Shown: positions 30,657 through 39,533 of the stretch, piece after piece
Layout of the letters: each line of letters begins with the position of its first letter
How positions within the stretch are numbered: the stretch's first letter is position 1
Source: Polyangiales bacterium
Lineage (GTDB): Bacteria; Myxococcota_A; Polyangia; Polyangiales; Polyangiaceae
Direction of reading: 5' to 3'
Assembly (NCBI GenBank): GCA_038230375.1
Contig: JBBRNJ010000070.1
Location: 1 to 46,431, forward strand
DNA: 46,431 nt
Notes under the pieces: generated by a model
Told to the model about the DNA's origin: nothing
Database searches by the model: none
What the model saw: only the letters and a program-made list of their open reading frames with translations
Position numbers and translations under genes: made by a program

Positions 30657-32423
30657 ATGCGCTCTGTACGTTTCTCGCCTCTGTTCTATCCGACGGTCGC
30701 CGCTGCGCTGATCGGTCTCGCGTGCTCTTCGGCCATGGGCTGCGGCACGTCGAGCCGCAATGGCTACAACTCAAGCACGTCCGGCACCGATCCGAACGGC
30801 GGTGGCCTGGACGGTGACGGCGGCCCCGGCTTCGGTAACGGTGGCGGTGGGGGCGGTGGTGGCGGCAACCTCAACTGCCTTGGCCTCACGAGCGGCACGA
30901 AGAGCAGCGCTGGCTGCGAGTACTACTCGGTGGTGCCCGACGTGATCAGCGACGGCGCCGGCGCATGCTTCGCCGCGTTCATCACGAACACGTACAAGGA
31001 TCCGGTGAGCGTGACGGTGGACTACGGCGGCCAGATGCTGGACGCCACGAAGTTCGCGTACATCCCAACCGGACAAGGTCAGTCACTCAAGTACGATCCG
31101 CTGCCGGGCGGAATGATCCCCGCGGGGCAGGTCGCGATCCTCTTCTTGAATCGCCACGCTGCCGGACTGCCCAACCCAGGCCTGAACCTGGATTGCCCGA
31201 TGGGCGTGACGCCCGCGATCACCGCGACGGATGCCGCGGCGCACGGCACCACGCACGGCCACGCCTTTCACATCGTGACGTCGGCCGCAGTCGCTGCGTA
31301 CGACATCTATCCGTTCGGCGGCGGTCAGAGCGCCATGACCAGCGCCACGCTGCTCATGCCCGTCACGTCGTGGGACACGAACTACATTGCGGTGGATGCG
31401 TTCGGCCCTGGCCCACTCGATCAACCCTACATCCAGATCGTAGGTGAGACCGATGGCACGCAGGTCACGATCAATCCAACGGCGGACATCGTCGGCGGTG
31501 GCGCGAGCATCCCTGCAACGAAGAAGGGCTCGCCGCAGACGTACACAGTGAACAAGGGCCAGGTCCTTCAGTTCACGCAGGACGCGGAGCTAGCGGGTAG
31601 CATCATCGAGTCCTCCGCGCCCATCGGTTTGTGGGGCGGCAAGACGGCGCTCGCCATCAAGAGCTGCTGCGACGAGACCGGGCACCAGCAGATCCCGCCG
31701 ATCCGCGCGCTGGGCTCGGAGTACACGGCGGTGCGCTATCGCAATCGGTACGACGGCGTGGAGGAGTCTCCGCCGTGGCGTCTCATCGGCGCGCTCGACG
31801 GCACCACGCTCACGTGGGAGCCAAGCGCTCCCGCGGGCGCGCCCACGTCGCTCGCGCAAGGGCAGGTCGCAACGTTCAACGCGAGCGGCCCGTTCGTGGT
31901 GAAGAGCCAGGACGAGAAGCACCCGTTCTACATGTCTGCGCACATGACCGGCGCGCTCGAGTTCGATCCGAACATGAACGACGGACGCGGCGACGCAGAG
32001 TTCGTGAACGTGATCCCGCCCGGCGAGTTCATGACGTCGTATGTATTCTTCACGGATCCGACCTACCCGGAGACGAACCTCATCCTCACGCGCGTGAAGG
32101 GCAAGGACGGCTCGTTCGCCGACGTGAACCTGGACTGCGCGGGCAACGTCTCGGGCTGGGCCCCGGTGGGCACGTCCGGCAAGTTCGAGTTCACGCGCGT
32201 GGACCTGGTGCGCCACAACTTCGCGCCGCAGGGCAAGTGCAACAACGGCCGTCACGAGATCCACTCCGCGAATCCGTTCGGCCTCACCGTCTGGGGCTGG
32301 GGCTCCGGAGAGACGGGCGCGCAGTTCAAGGGCTTCTACTCTCAGTACGTGAGCTACGCCTATCCGGGCGGCGCGAGCGTGCAGCCGATCAACGACGTGG
32401 TCGTGCCGGCCAAGGTGAAATGA
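30657..32423 (+). CDS. IgGFc-binding-domain lipoprotein
   Basis: GGAGG RBS, lipobox, SAGCEYY, SATLLMPVTSW, QQIPPIRALG, YVSYAYPGG. Confidence 0.85.
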   Translation: MRSVRFSPLFYPTVAAALIGLACSSAMGCGTSSRNGYNSSTSGTDPNGGGLDGDGGPGFGNGGGGGGGGGNLNCLGLTSGTKSSAGCEYYSVVPDVISDGAGACFAAFITNTYKDPVSVTVDYGGQMLDATKFAYIPTGQGQSLKYDPLPGGMIPAGQVAILFLNRHAAGLPNPGLNLDCPMGVTPAITATDAAAHGTTHGHAFHIVTSAAVAAYDIYPFGGGQSAMTSATLLMPVTSWDTNYIAVDAFGPGPLDQPYIQIVGETDGTQVTINPTADIVGGGASIPATKKGSPQTYTVNKGQVLQFTQDAELAGSIIESSAPIGLWGGKTALAIKSCCDETGHQQIPPIRALGSEYTAVRYRNRYDGVEESPPWRLIGALDGTTLTWEPSAPAGAPTSLAQGQVATFNASGPFVVKSQDEKHPFYMSAHMTGALEFDPNMNDGRGDAEFVNVIPPGEFMTSYVFFTDPTYPETNLILTRVKGKDGSFADVNLDCAGNVSGWAPVGTSGKFEFTRVDLVRHNFAPQGKCNNGRHEIHSANPFGLTVWGWGSGETGAQFKGFYSQYVSYAYPGGASVQPINDVVVPAKVK

Positions 32424-32544
32424 AGCGCGTCGGTGCTCGCGAGCCCCACACGAGGGCTCGTGCGTGTCGCGTGGATGCCTCAGGTGCGGGTCGGGGACGA
32501 TAGTTTCTGCCAAAAACACCGCGGAAAGTGAGTGGTCGGAGGAG

Positions 32545-32560
32545 CGGCATGCGCGTTGCT
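32545..32560 (+). promoter_or_regulatory. Putative sigma54 promoter
   Basis: CGGCATGCGCGTTGCT (GG-N10-GC with TTGCT), about 76 bp upstream of ATG 32637. Confidence 0.55.
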
Positions 32561-32636
32561 CCTTGGCGGCGCGCGCACCTCGAAGTGCGCATCCCCGGGC
32601 GGACTGCCCGCCCTCTCATCATCCAAGGACTTCCCC

Positions 32637-33320
32637 ATGCGCACCCGTCTTCTCGTCTCCTCGTTCATCGTCGGCCTCTCTCTCACGACCTTCGGCTGCG
32701 CAGCGCACAACAAGGAGGCGGGTAGCGCGACGACCACGAAGGCGGACCTTTCGCCCATCGACGAGCTCAAGGCCATTCCGGAGAGCCTCAACGCCGCGGT
32801 CCAGGACATCATGAAGCCGATCGACGACACGCAGTCCGTCATCGACCAGGTGACGAGCCTGCCCAAGCGCTACAAGCTGAACGCGAAGGACGTGATGGGC
32901 ATGGCGTCCGCATCCGTGCAGAGCGGCCAGGTCAACGTGAACTTCGACGCGAAGGCGACCATCGCGGACGACGCGAAGGCAGAGGTCACCACGGCGATCA
33001 CCAAGCTCACGGACATCGTCACGGGCCTCAAGGCAACCCCGGACAAGGTCGCGGCCCTCGGCAAGACGCTCGTCACGGTGAGCGCCAAGGTCCCCGTGCT
33101 CGCCACGCGCGTGACGTCGGAGTCCACGCTGACCATCTCGAACCCGATGGCGAGCGCCGATTCCAAGGCGAAGGCGCAGGCGAACATCGACGGCGTGAAG
33201 CAGATCCAGGGCACCGTGCAGGCTTCCATCAAGGACACGCAGGCCAAGGTCTCCGGGATTCCGGCGATGGCGGCCACGGCGCTCGGGAAGATCACCGCGG
33301 CGTTCGCCGGCGCTACCTGA
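32637..33320 (+). CDS. Hypothetical helical lipoprotein
   Basis: AAGGA RBS; signal peptide ending TFGC; strongly biased codon usage. Confidence 0.82.
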   Translation: MRTRLLVSSFIVGLSLTTFGCAAHNKEAGSATTTKADLSPIDELKAIPESLNAAVQDIMKPIDDTQSVIDQVTSLPKRYKLNAKDVMGMASASVQSGQVNVNFDAKATIADDAKAEVTTAITKLTDIVTGLKATPDKVAALGKTLVTVSAKVPVLATRVTSESTLTISNPMASADSKAKAQANIDGVKQIQGTVQASIKDTQAKVSGIPAMAATALGKITAAFAGAT

Positions 33321-33390
33321 GAGAGAGAGAGAGCGAGAGACGAGATCGGAGCGGGCACGGGCACGGGCACGGGCACGTTTACGGGGAGAG
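33321..33390 (+). repeat. Low-complexity GA run followed by (CGGGCA)x4
   Basis: GAGAGA run directly after the stop codon; CGGGCA units at 33352-33375, followed by degenerate CGTTTA and CGGGGA. Confidence 0.85.
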
Positions 33391-33461
33391 AGCGGAGAGA
33401 CTGGTGGGCTTGCCTGCTGGTCTTTCCGCTTTTTGTGCGCTGGCGGGGTACTCTTGCGCTC

Positions 33462-34055
33462 ATGCTTCGAGACGGGGTCCTGGGTTTGCGGCTCGCTGGT
33501 TGGCGCGTCGAGGGGGCGCCGCCGATAGAGAAGAAGTACGTCGCTCTGGCTTACCCCCATACGAGCAACTGGGATGGCGTCTTGCTCCTTGCGCTCACCC
33601 GCAGCGTCGGGATGCACATCTCCTGGCTCATCAAGGACGACTGGGTGAAGGGGCCGCTTGGCGTTGCGTTGCGCAGCCAGGGCGCGATCGCAGTGAACCG
33701 CAAGGGGGCGCACAACCTGGTCGACAAGATGGTGGAGGAGATGGGCTCGCGCGACGAGCTCGCGCTCTTCATTCCACCCGAGGGCACGCGCAAGCGCGCG
33801 GAGCGCTGGAAATCAGGCTTTTACCACATCGCCCTTGGCGCGAAGGTGCCCGTCATCCCCGCGTACCTGGACTACAAGAAGAAGCGCGGCGGCTTTGGCC
33901 CACCCATCCATCTGACCGGCAACGTGCGTGAGGACATGGACAAGATACGTGCATACTACAAGCAGACGGACCCGCAGGGCTGCTACCCCACCAAGGTGGG
34001 TCCCATCCTGCTGCGTGAGGAGGCTGACGCGTCCGGAGCGCCCGTTGTAAGCTGA
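33462..34055 (+). CDS. 1-acyl-sn-glycerol-3-phosphate (lysophospholipid) acyltransferase family protein
   Basis: PHTSNWD (HxxxxD), PPEGTR, WKSGFYHIA. Confidence 0.9.
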   Translation: MLRDGVLGLRLAGWRVEGAPPIEKKYVALAYPHTSNWDGVLLLALTRSVGMHISWLIKDDWVKGPLGVALRSQGAIAVNRKGAHNLVDKMVEEMGSRDELALFIPPEGTRKRAERWKSGFYHIALGAKVPVIPAYLDYKKKRGGFGPPIHLTGNVREDMDKIRAYYKQTDPQGCYPTKVGPILLREEADASGAPVVS

Positions 34056-34061
34056 CCCGCC

Positions 34062-34526
34062 ATGCCCACTTCCTTCGTTCACGGTGATCTCTTCAGCACG
34101 CCCAAGGTGCGGGCCTACGCGCAAGGCGTTGGCTGCGCCGGCACCATGGATGCGGGGGTCTCCATCGCCTTCAAGAAGCGCTGGCCGCGCATGTTCGAAG
34201 ACTACAAGGCGCGCTGCGCCGACCAGCGCTTCCACCTGGGCGACGTGCAGGTATGGAGCGAGGGCGACGAGACCATCTTCAACCTGGGCATCCAGGAGCA
34301 CTGGAAGAAGAAGGCCACGCTGCCCGCGCTGAACCGTGCGCTCGCCAAGATGCTCACGCTCGCCACGGCTGCCGGCGTCACCACGATCGGCATGCCGCGC
34401 ATCGGCGCTGGCCTGGGCGGCCTTGAATGGCGGCGCGTGAAGGACGTGCTCACGGAGCTCGGCGACACCACGGACATCGCCCTCGTGGTGTTCGAGAAGT
34501 TCGTGCGCGAGCGCGACCAAACGTAG
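34062..34526 (+). CDS. Macrodomain protein (TARG1/DarG-like class)
   Basis: HGDLF, GTMDAGVSIAFKKRWP, IGMPRIGAGLGGLEW. Confidence 0.88.
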   Translation: MPTSFVHGDLFSTPKVRAYAQGVGCAGTMDAGVSIAFKKRWPRMFEDYKARCADQRFHLGDVQVWSEGDETIFNLGIQEHWKKKATLPALNRALAKMLTLATAAGVTTIGMPRIGAGLGGLEWRRVKDVLTELGDTTDIALVVFEKFVRERDQT

Positions 34527-34534
34527 CGCGCCCG

Positions 34535-35083
34535 CTATGGCTCAAAGCGGGGGTCAAGCGTTGCCAGCACCCACTGCACAGCCGCATCCGGCGCGAGCCA
34601 GGGTAGCGGCACCCGTGTTTCTTGCGGATTCTTCTCTGTATGATCGACGCCAACGTGACAATGTAGAAGTGGGTGGCCGCATGGGCCTTGACCGCGTTGC
34701 TGGGGGTCGAGATCGATGCGCGCGTACCACGGCCGCTGGGAAGTCCGCTCCTCGCCGACGACGCTGATCGTGTACTGTTCGATCGCCTTGTGGTCTGCGC
34801 GGAGCTTCACGCGAAACGACATCCGAGCGTTTTGGAGAGCCGGAAGTTCGGAGAGGGCGATAGCTGGAACGAAGGCCTTCTGCGTTTGGATGGTGGCTCC
34901 GTCGCTCCGCGGTGCGATCTCGATCACATCGCCTCGTGGTCGAATCCGGTAGGGCTCGAATGTCGCGCATAGTTTCTTCTCGGCCGCCCGCCGTACCTGC
35001 ACGACCAGCCCGTTGAGCCAGTCCTTCTTCTGGCCGCGGGCTCCATCGATCTCCTCATACAGCTCGAGCCAGCGGCGGTTCAA
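34535..35083 (-). CDS. Hypothetical protein with RxDxD...HPxxHxH motif (DUF2290-like, putative metal-dependent effector)
   Basis: WYARIDLD...GHPLLHCHVG...RVPLP; TTG start overlaps the upstream TGA; GGAGG RBS. Confidence 0.65.
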   Translation of the reverse strand: MNRRWLELYEEIDGARGQKKDWLNGLVVQVRRAAEKKLCATFEPYRIRPRGDVIEIAPRSDGATIQTQKAFVPAIALSELPALQNARMSFRVKLRADHKAIEQYTISVVGEERTSQRPWYARIDLDPQQRGQGPCGHPLLHCHVGVDHTEKNPQETRVPLPWLAPDAAVQWVLATLDPRFEP

Positions 35084-35625
35084 GGCGCCTCCACGGCTGC
35101 TAGCGAGAGCGCGTCGCTGAGCACGTGATTGTTCTCAATCGTGTCGGGGATCGCCCCTGAGCGCCACTGGCGTAGCCATTCCTCTGGCTCGAGAGCATAG
35201 CGTGCAGTGAACGCCGCCCGTGCCTCATCACGTGGGGGCTCACTGTCAACTTCGAAACTTGCCTCGCGCGCAAAGCTGGCCAGAGCTGGCGCATCCATCA
35301 TGGCAACTTCACCGCTCCCACCCTTCATCAGCAGAAGGAGCACCTTGGCATTCACACCCTCGAAGTGGTCGCGATTGCGGTTGAAGAATGACACTGCAGC
35401 CGCGGGATTCCCGGGATCGACGAGTACGAGCACACTCTGATCGACGAACGGAAGTGCGGCTTCTCCCCGAACGACATGATGGACCGGGCGAGGCGCGGCC
35501 AACGCCGTCATCCGAGCGATCAGGTCGGCCTTCGCCGTTGGGTCCGGATAGTACGCAACCGCGAGCGACGCGGTGCCGGTGAGCAATCCGAACGGCCCGA
35601 CTGTGTCGTCGGCCAGGCTTGTCAA
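35080..35625 (-). CDS. Hypothetical protein, possible degenerate P-loop/ATPase partner domain
   Basis: TTGA overlaps at both ends; FFNRNRDHF...VLLLL...APALASF segment. Confidence 0.65.
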   Translation of the reverse strand: MTSLADDTVGPFGLLTGTASLAVAYYPDPTAKADLIARMTALAAPRPVHHVVRGEAALPFVDQSVLVLVDPGNPAAAVSFFNRNRDHFEGVNAKVLLLLMKGGSGEVAMMDAPALASFAREASFEVDSEPPRDEARAAFTARYALEPEEWLRQWRSGAIPDTIENNHVLSDALSLAAVEAP

Positions 35626-36749
35626 GCGACCCGTTCCTTCTTGATTGCTTGCGAGAGTAAAGGGGCAATACGCACGATGCGGCCTGGGTATTCAAGGAGA
35701 AGGCCGTTCGCGAGAAAGCGAACGCGACGCTCTATGTCAATCTGCGTGCCGCTCGTGTCGTCCGCTTGGCGAAGCGCCACCGCGTCGCCATCCTTCAGGA
35801 GGCGAAGCAAGAAATTCGTCTGTTCCTCGGCCGCACGAGAGACGTCCGCAGAGTCCGGTGTGGCCCTGCCGCGAATCACTCCATACAAAGCTGCCTTCTG
35901 AAGGAGCTGCAGAAAGGTTCTGATCAGGCCACCGCTAGTGACAATGCAATGCCGCATAGCAATGGACGTGGTGTCCTCGGGCGCCTTGCCAATATCGGAC
36001 GACGCAACGCCGAGGCGGCGCGCTGCTACCTCGAACATGAAGTTGTCTCCCGGCAAAGACTTGGCCTCAAGCATGGGAACAGAACTGCTCACCACGACCG
36101 GGCCAATCGACGTGAGATGGTAGTCTTGCAGGACTGCGGCAGCGGGTCCTGTGGCGATCTCGAGGGGAACCACGACGACCACCGACGCTTCCCCGCGCAA
36201 CCGCTCCAACAAACTAAGCGTTCGCCGTGCGAGACCGGATGAGGCTTTTTCCAGCCCGTCGATCATGACCCCTACGCGCTTCTGCTTGCTCGCACGGCGA
36301 ATGTCGCGAGCCGCTGCGAGGAGGAGGTCGAAGCCACGTGGAATCATCGCAACAGAGATAGCCGTCGGGCTTGCTCGCCCAATCGCGGGATAGAGTTCTG
36401 GAGCCAGTACAAGTCCGGCCGTATCCAGAGCAAACTCGATCAGTGCATGGGCCAGCGCAGCAACGACGTCGTCGACATCGGTCTCGTCACTATAGGTGAG
36501 GACCTTGTCGAGGCGCACAAGCGGGCCGACCCAAAGCGTCTGGCGGCACTCGGCAAGTACCGCGAGCTCCGTGCTCTTTCCCGAGCCTGCCGGACCAAAA
36601 ATCGCTACCGGAGCCTCGTTTCCCGCCTCGAGCAGGGCATGAATCTCGAGCGCGCCATCCCCGGCTCGGGGGATATATAGACCGCGCGAGGCGACATCTG
36701 CGATCGCCAGTGGTCGGGTGGGTGCGAGTGCTTGCCAGTCGTAGGACAC
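35622..36749 (-). CDS. P-loop ATPase (AAA/STAND-like)
   Basis: Walker A GPAGSGKSTE, Walker B VMIDGLEK, downstream SGGLIRTFLQL. Confidence 0.82.
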   Translation of the reverse strand: MSYDWQALAPTRPLAIADVASRGLYIPRAGDGALEIHALLEAGNEAPVAIFGPAGSGKSTELAVLAECRQTLWVGPLVRLDKVLTYSDETDVDDVVAALAHALIEFALDTAGLVLAPELYPAIGRASPTAISVAMIPRGFDLLLAAARDIRRASKQKRVGVMIDGLEKASSGLARRTLSLLERLRGEASVVVVVPLEIATGPAAAVLQDYHLTSIGPVVVSSSVPMLEAKSLPGDNFMFEVAARRLGVASSDIGKAPEDTTSIAMRHCIVTSGGLIRTFLQLLQKAALYGVIRGRATPDSADVSRAAEEQTNFLLRLLKDGDAVALRQADDTSGTQIDIERRVRFLANGLLLEYPGRIVRIAPLLSQAIKKERVA

Positions 36750-36834
36750 GTTTGGGTAGGAATGAAGATAGCCTAGGTCTCCTGCCCCGGGCCACCTTGC
36801 CTACCAGCAAAAGTGCGGCGGTGCAGGATGGGGG

Positions 36835-38103
36835 CTACTTCGCGAGCAGGCCGTGGACGGCGAGCGGCTCTTCGCGGCCGCGGATCGGAATGTCGCCGAG
36901 CGACGTCAGGATGGAGAGCTCCTGCGAGCCCGACTGCTCTCCGAGGCGACGCGCGGTCTCACCCGAGATGAGCACGTCCGTGTTCTTGTCCTTCGTGGCA
37001 CCTTCCAGGCGCGACGCCGTGTTCACCGTGTCACCGATGATGGTGAACTCGAGCCGCGCGCCGGAGCCAATGCACCCTGCGACGACGGGGCCCGAGTGCA
37101 CTGCAACGCCGATCTTGAGCGTGCCCAGAGACTGCTTCTCACGACGCTCGTTGACGGCGCTCATCGCGCGGCGGATCTCGATGGTCGCCTCGATGGCGCG
37201 GGAAGCGTGATCGGCGAGCGGCTCGGGCGCGCCGAACACCGCGAGCATGCCGTCGCCCAGGAACTTGTCCACGGTGCCGCCGTGGTTCTGCACGGCGCGC
37301 GCGAAGGCGCCCTGCACCTCGTTCAAGAGCGCGAACGCGTCCGCGGGGGCCATGGACTCTGCGAGCGTGGTGAAGCCGCGCAGATCGGTGACCAGCACCG
37401 TGGCGTCGACGACGCGCGGCTCGCGCAGAAGCGATAGCGGGTCCTCGCCGGCGGCCTCGATCACGCTCTCGGGCAGGAAGCGACCAAGCGTCACCTTGGA
37501 GATCTCGCTGCGGATCGCGCGCCGAACGATGCCCACCATCCACATGGACAGCGCGCCCACAGAGGCGAGCATGGCGAAGCCGTACACGCTCCACGCGGCG
37601 TGCGTGGTGAAGACGACCATGAGCGCGTAGTCCAGGAACGCGAGCGCAGTGGTGAAGATCGCCGCGCCACGCGAGAGGCGCAGACCACCGGATGCCGCGA
37701 GCAGCGCCGCGGAGATCGACCACACCACGAGCTCTCCACGCTGCCCCTCTGCGTCACCGGAGAGCGACAGCCTGAACGAGTTCGCGTTCGTGGCCAGGAT
37801 GAGCGCCGCATCGACGGTGGGGATCACCACGCGCATCCAGTCGCGGTAGTAGCCGCGACGCAGCGCGAGCGTGAGCACCCCGGACGCAAGCACCCAGGCG
37901 AGCGGCAGCGTGATGAGCCAGGAGTTCCCGTGGTCGAAGCCCGCAGCCGCGGGATAGAAATAGAGGAACGTGTTCAGGAACACGACGGGCACGATGGCAA
38001 CCGTACGCACACCCGCAAGCATCAGCTCCGAGCGACGCGCCTCGTCCTTCAGGGTCTTGTCGACCGAGGCTGCGATGTCCGCGTGTGCACTCCCCCTGGC
38101 CAT
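36835..38103 (-). CDS. Membrane-bound class III adenylate cyclase
   Basis: Multi-TM N-terminus; VTDLRGFT, DKFLGDG, EFTIIGDTVNTASRLE (Lys/Thr specificity residues). Confidence 0.93.
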   Translation of the reverse strand: MARGSAHADIAASVDKTLKDEARRSELMLAGVRTVAIVPVVFLNTFLYFYPAAAGFDHGNSWLITLPLAWVLASGVLTLALRRGYYRDWMRVVIPTVDAALILATNANSFRLSLSGDAEGQRGELVVWSISAALLAASGGLRLSRGAAIFTTALAFLDYALMVVFTTHAAWSVYGFAMLASVGALSMWMVGIVRRAIRSEISKVTLGRFLPESVIEAAGEDPLSLLREPRVVDATVLVTDLRGFTTLAESMAPADAFALLNEVQGAFARAVQNHGGTVDKFLGDGMLAVFGAPEPLADHASRAIEATIEIRRAMSAVNERREKQSLGTLKIGVAVHSGPVVAGCIGSGARLEFTIIGDTVNTASRLEGATKDKNTDVLISGETARRLGEQSGSQELSILTSLGDIPIRGREEPLAVHGLLAK

Positions 38104-38120
38104 CGATGCCGCGAGTATAC

Positions 38121-38852
38121 CTATGGATTGGGCGTTTTGGCGGGCCAGTCGAACGAGAGGCCGTTGCTCGTCACCTCACATGCGGTCGTGGCGTCCACGC
38201 GCGCGAGCTGCGCAGCGGAAGGTGCTGGCGCTTTGCCCCGCATGGGATCGGCCGCGGGATCGTTGCGGTACGTTGCGCGCAGCGTGTAGCGACCGGGGGC
38301 GGATGGATGTGGCGGATAGAGCCACTCGAGCTTGATCCGCGCACCGGGGGCAAGGGTGACAATGTCGTGATCGTCGAAGGCGTTGATGAGGCCGCATCGA
38401 CCCTGCGGCGCGATCTTCCGCGGGGTGAGGTCGAATGAGACCGACGGGTTCCGCATGTTGGCGTCCGACCCATCGTTCGTGCGCATCAAGGTGACGGGCC
38501 TCCTGCCGGCGTTTGCGAGCTCGACGTCAAGCTCCATCCCGGAGGCGGTGATCGCCTTTGCCTTGATCGTCAGCGTCACGTCCTTGCACTTCGACACGAA
38601 CAGCGGTGCGGGCTGACTCGGCGCAGCGGTCTCTTGCTCCACGCTCTCCGCCGGCGGCGCGGGCTCGTAGCTGACGGAAGACAGCGCCTGCTGCTCTTCC
38701 TGCGCTCTCGACATCACGACCATGGGTGTCATCGGCTGTGGCGGAGGCGGTACCTCCACGGCCTTCGGTGCCGAGGCCACGGGCGCGCGCTCCTTCGCGG
38801 CGCACGCGCCGAGCATGCCGACCATCAGGCTCGCTGCAACGACAGGTCTCAT
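38121..38852 (-). CDS. Hypothetical lipoprotein with Ig-like C-terminal domain
   Basis: Lipobox LGAC; Pro-rich linker; VELANAG...TLAPG...PGRYTLRATY...VTSN. Confidence 0.72.
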   Translation of the reverse strand: MRPVVAASLMVGMLGACAAKERAPVASAPKAVEVPPPPQPMTPMVVMSRAQEEQQALSSVSYEPAPPAESVEQETAAPSQPAPLFVSKCKDVTLTIKAKAITASGMELDVELANAGRRPVTLMRTNDGSDANMRNPSVSFDLTPRKIAPQGRCGLINAFDDHDIVTLAPGARIKLEWLYPPHPSAPGRYTLRATYRNDPAADPMRGKAPAPSAAQLARVDATTACEVTSNGLSFDWPAKTPNP

Positions 38853-39118
38853 TCCATGGATGGTTACGCTCGCGCCCGGAAAAGTCTACCCGGACAGAAG
38901 TGCTTCGCGGTGCGCGCCATCTTCACCCTCGTGTTCGACGAGAGCCTCTCATGCTCGGTCGAAACGCTCCAGCGCCGCCTGAAACGCCGGATACTTCTCG
39001 GCGTTGTCCGCTAATGCCGCGCGAAAGTGAGCTGTCTGATCAATTCATTGGAAACCGTTCGTCGTGGGGCTTCAGGTGGAGCTCGCGCGCACCGTCGGCG
39101 TCGCCAGCCCCTCGGACT

Positions 39119-39382
39119 TCAGGCCGTCTTGCGCTCGAGCACCGTCACGCGTTCTTTCAGATCGGCCACGTCTCCACGGAGCGTTCGATCGGTGCGCAGC
39201 AGATCCACGAGTGTCTGCACCGTCTCACGCACGGCGACCAGCTCCGTCGCGGTTCGCACATCTGATGCGGTCTGCCGCTCGATGACGGCGTCGAGCCGGT
39301 TGTTCGTTCCGTCAACCCGGCCGTTGGTCGCCCGTATCTCGTCACGGATCTGGATCAGGATCTCGGTGGAAAAATCGGTCAT
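39119..39382 (-). CDS. Small coiled-coil hypothetical protein (87 aa)
   Basis: AAGGAG RBS before ATG 39382; heptad pattern (TNGRVD-GTNNRLD; LKERVTVLE). Confidence 0.75.
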   Translation of the reverse strand: MTDFSTEILIQIRDEIRATNGRVDGTNNRLDAVIERQTASDVRTATELVAVRETVQTLVDLLRTDRTLRGDVADLKERVTVLERKTA

Positions 39383-39414
39383 GGGCTCGCTCCTTGAAAG
39401 TGTAGCACCACGTG

Positions 39415-39430
39415 AGCAACGGGCGTGCCT
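39415..39430 (-). promoter_or_regulatory. Putative sigma54 promoter
   Basis: Minus strand reads AGGCACGCCCGTTGCT, close to the TGGCACG-N4-TTGCW consensus. Confidence 0.65.
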
Positions 39431-39533
39431 GGCGCCGGCCGCTTGAATTTCCGCGCGACTCGCGATCGAAGACCTGAACCGCCGTTTTCTCGCGTGAGCT
39501 CGAGCGCGAATGTGCGCGTGCACCCAGCCGACC

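Noticed and set aside
34527..36834. att sites or target-site duplication around the ATPase island
   Set aside because: No convincing direct or inverted repeat seen at either boundary, and no recombinase.
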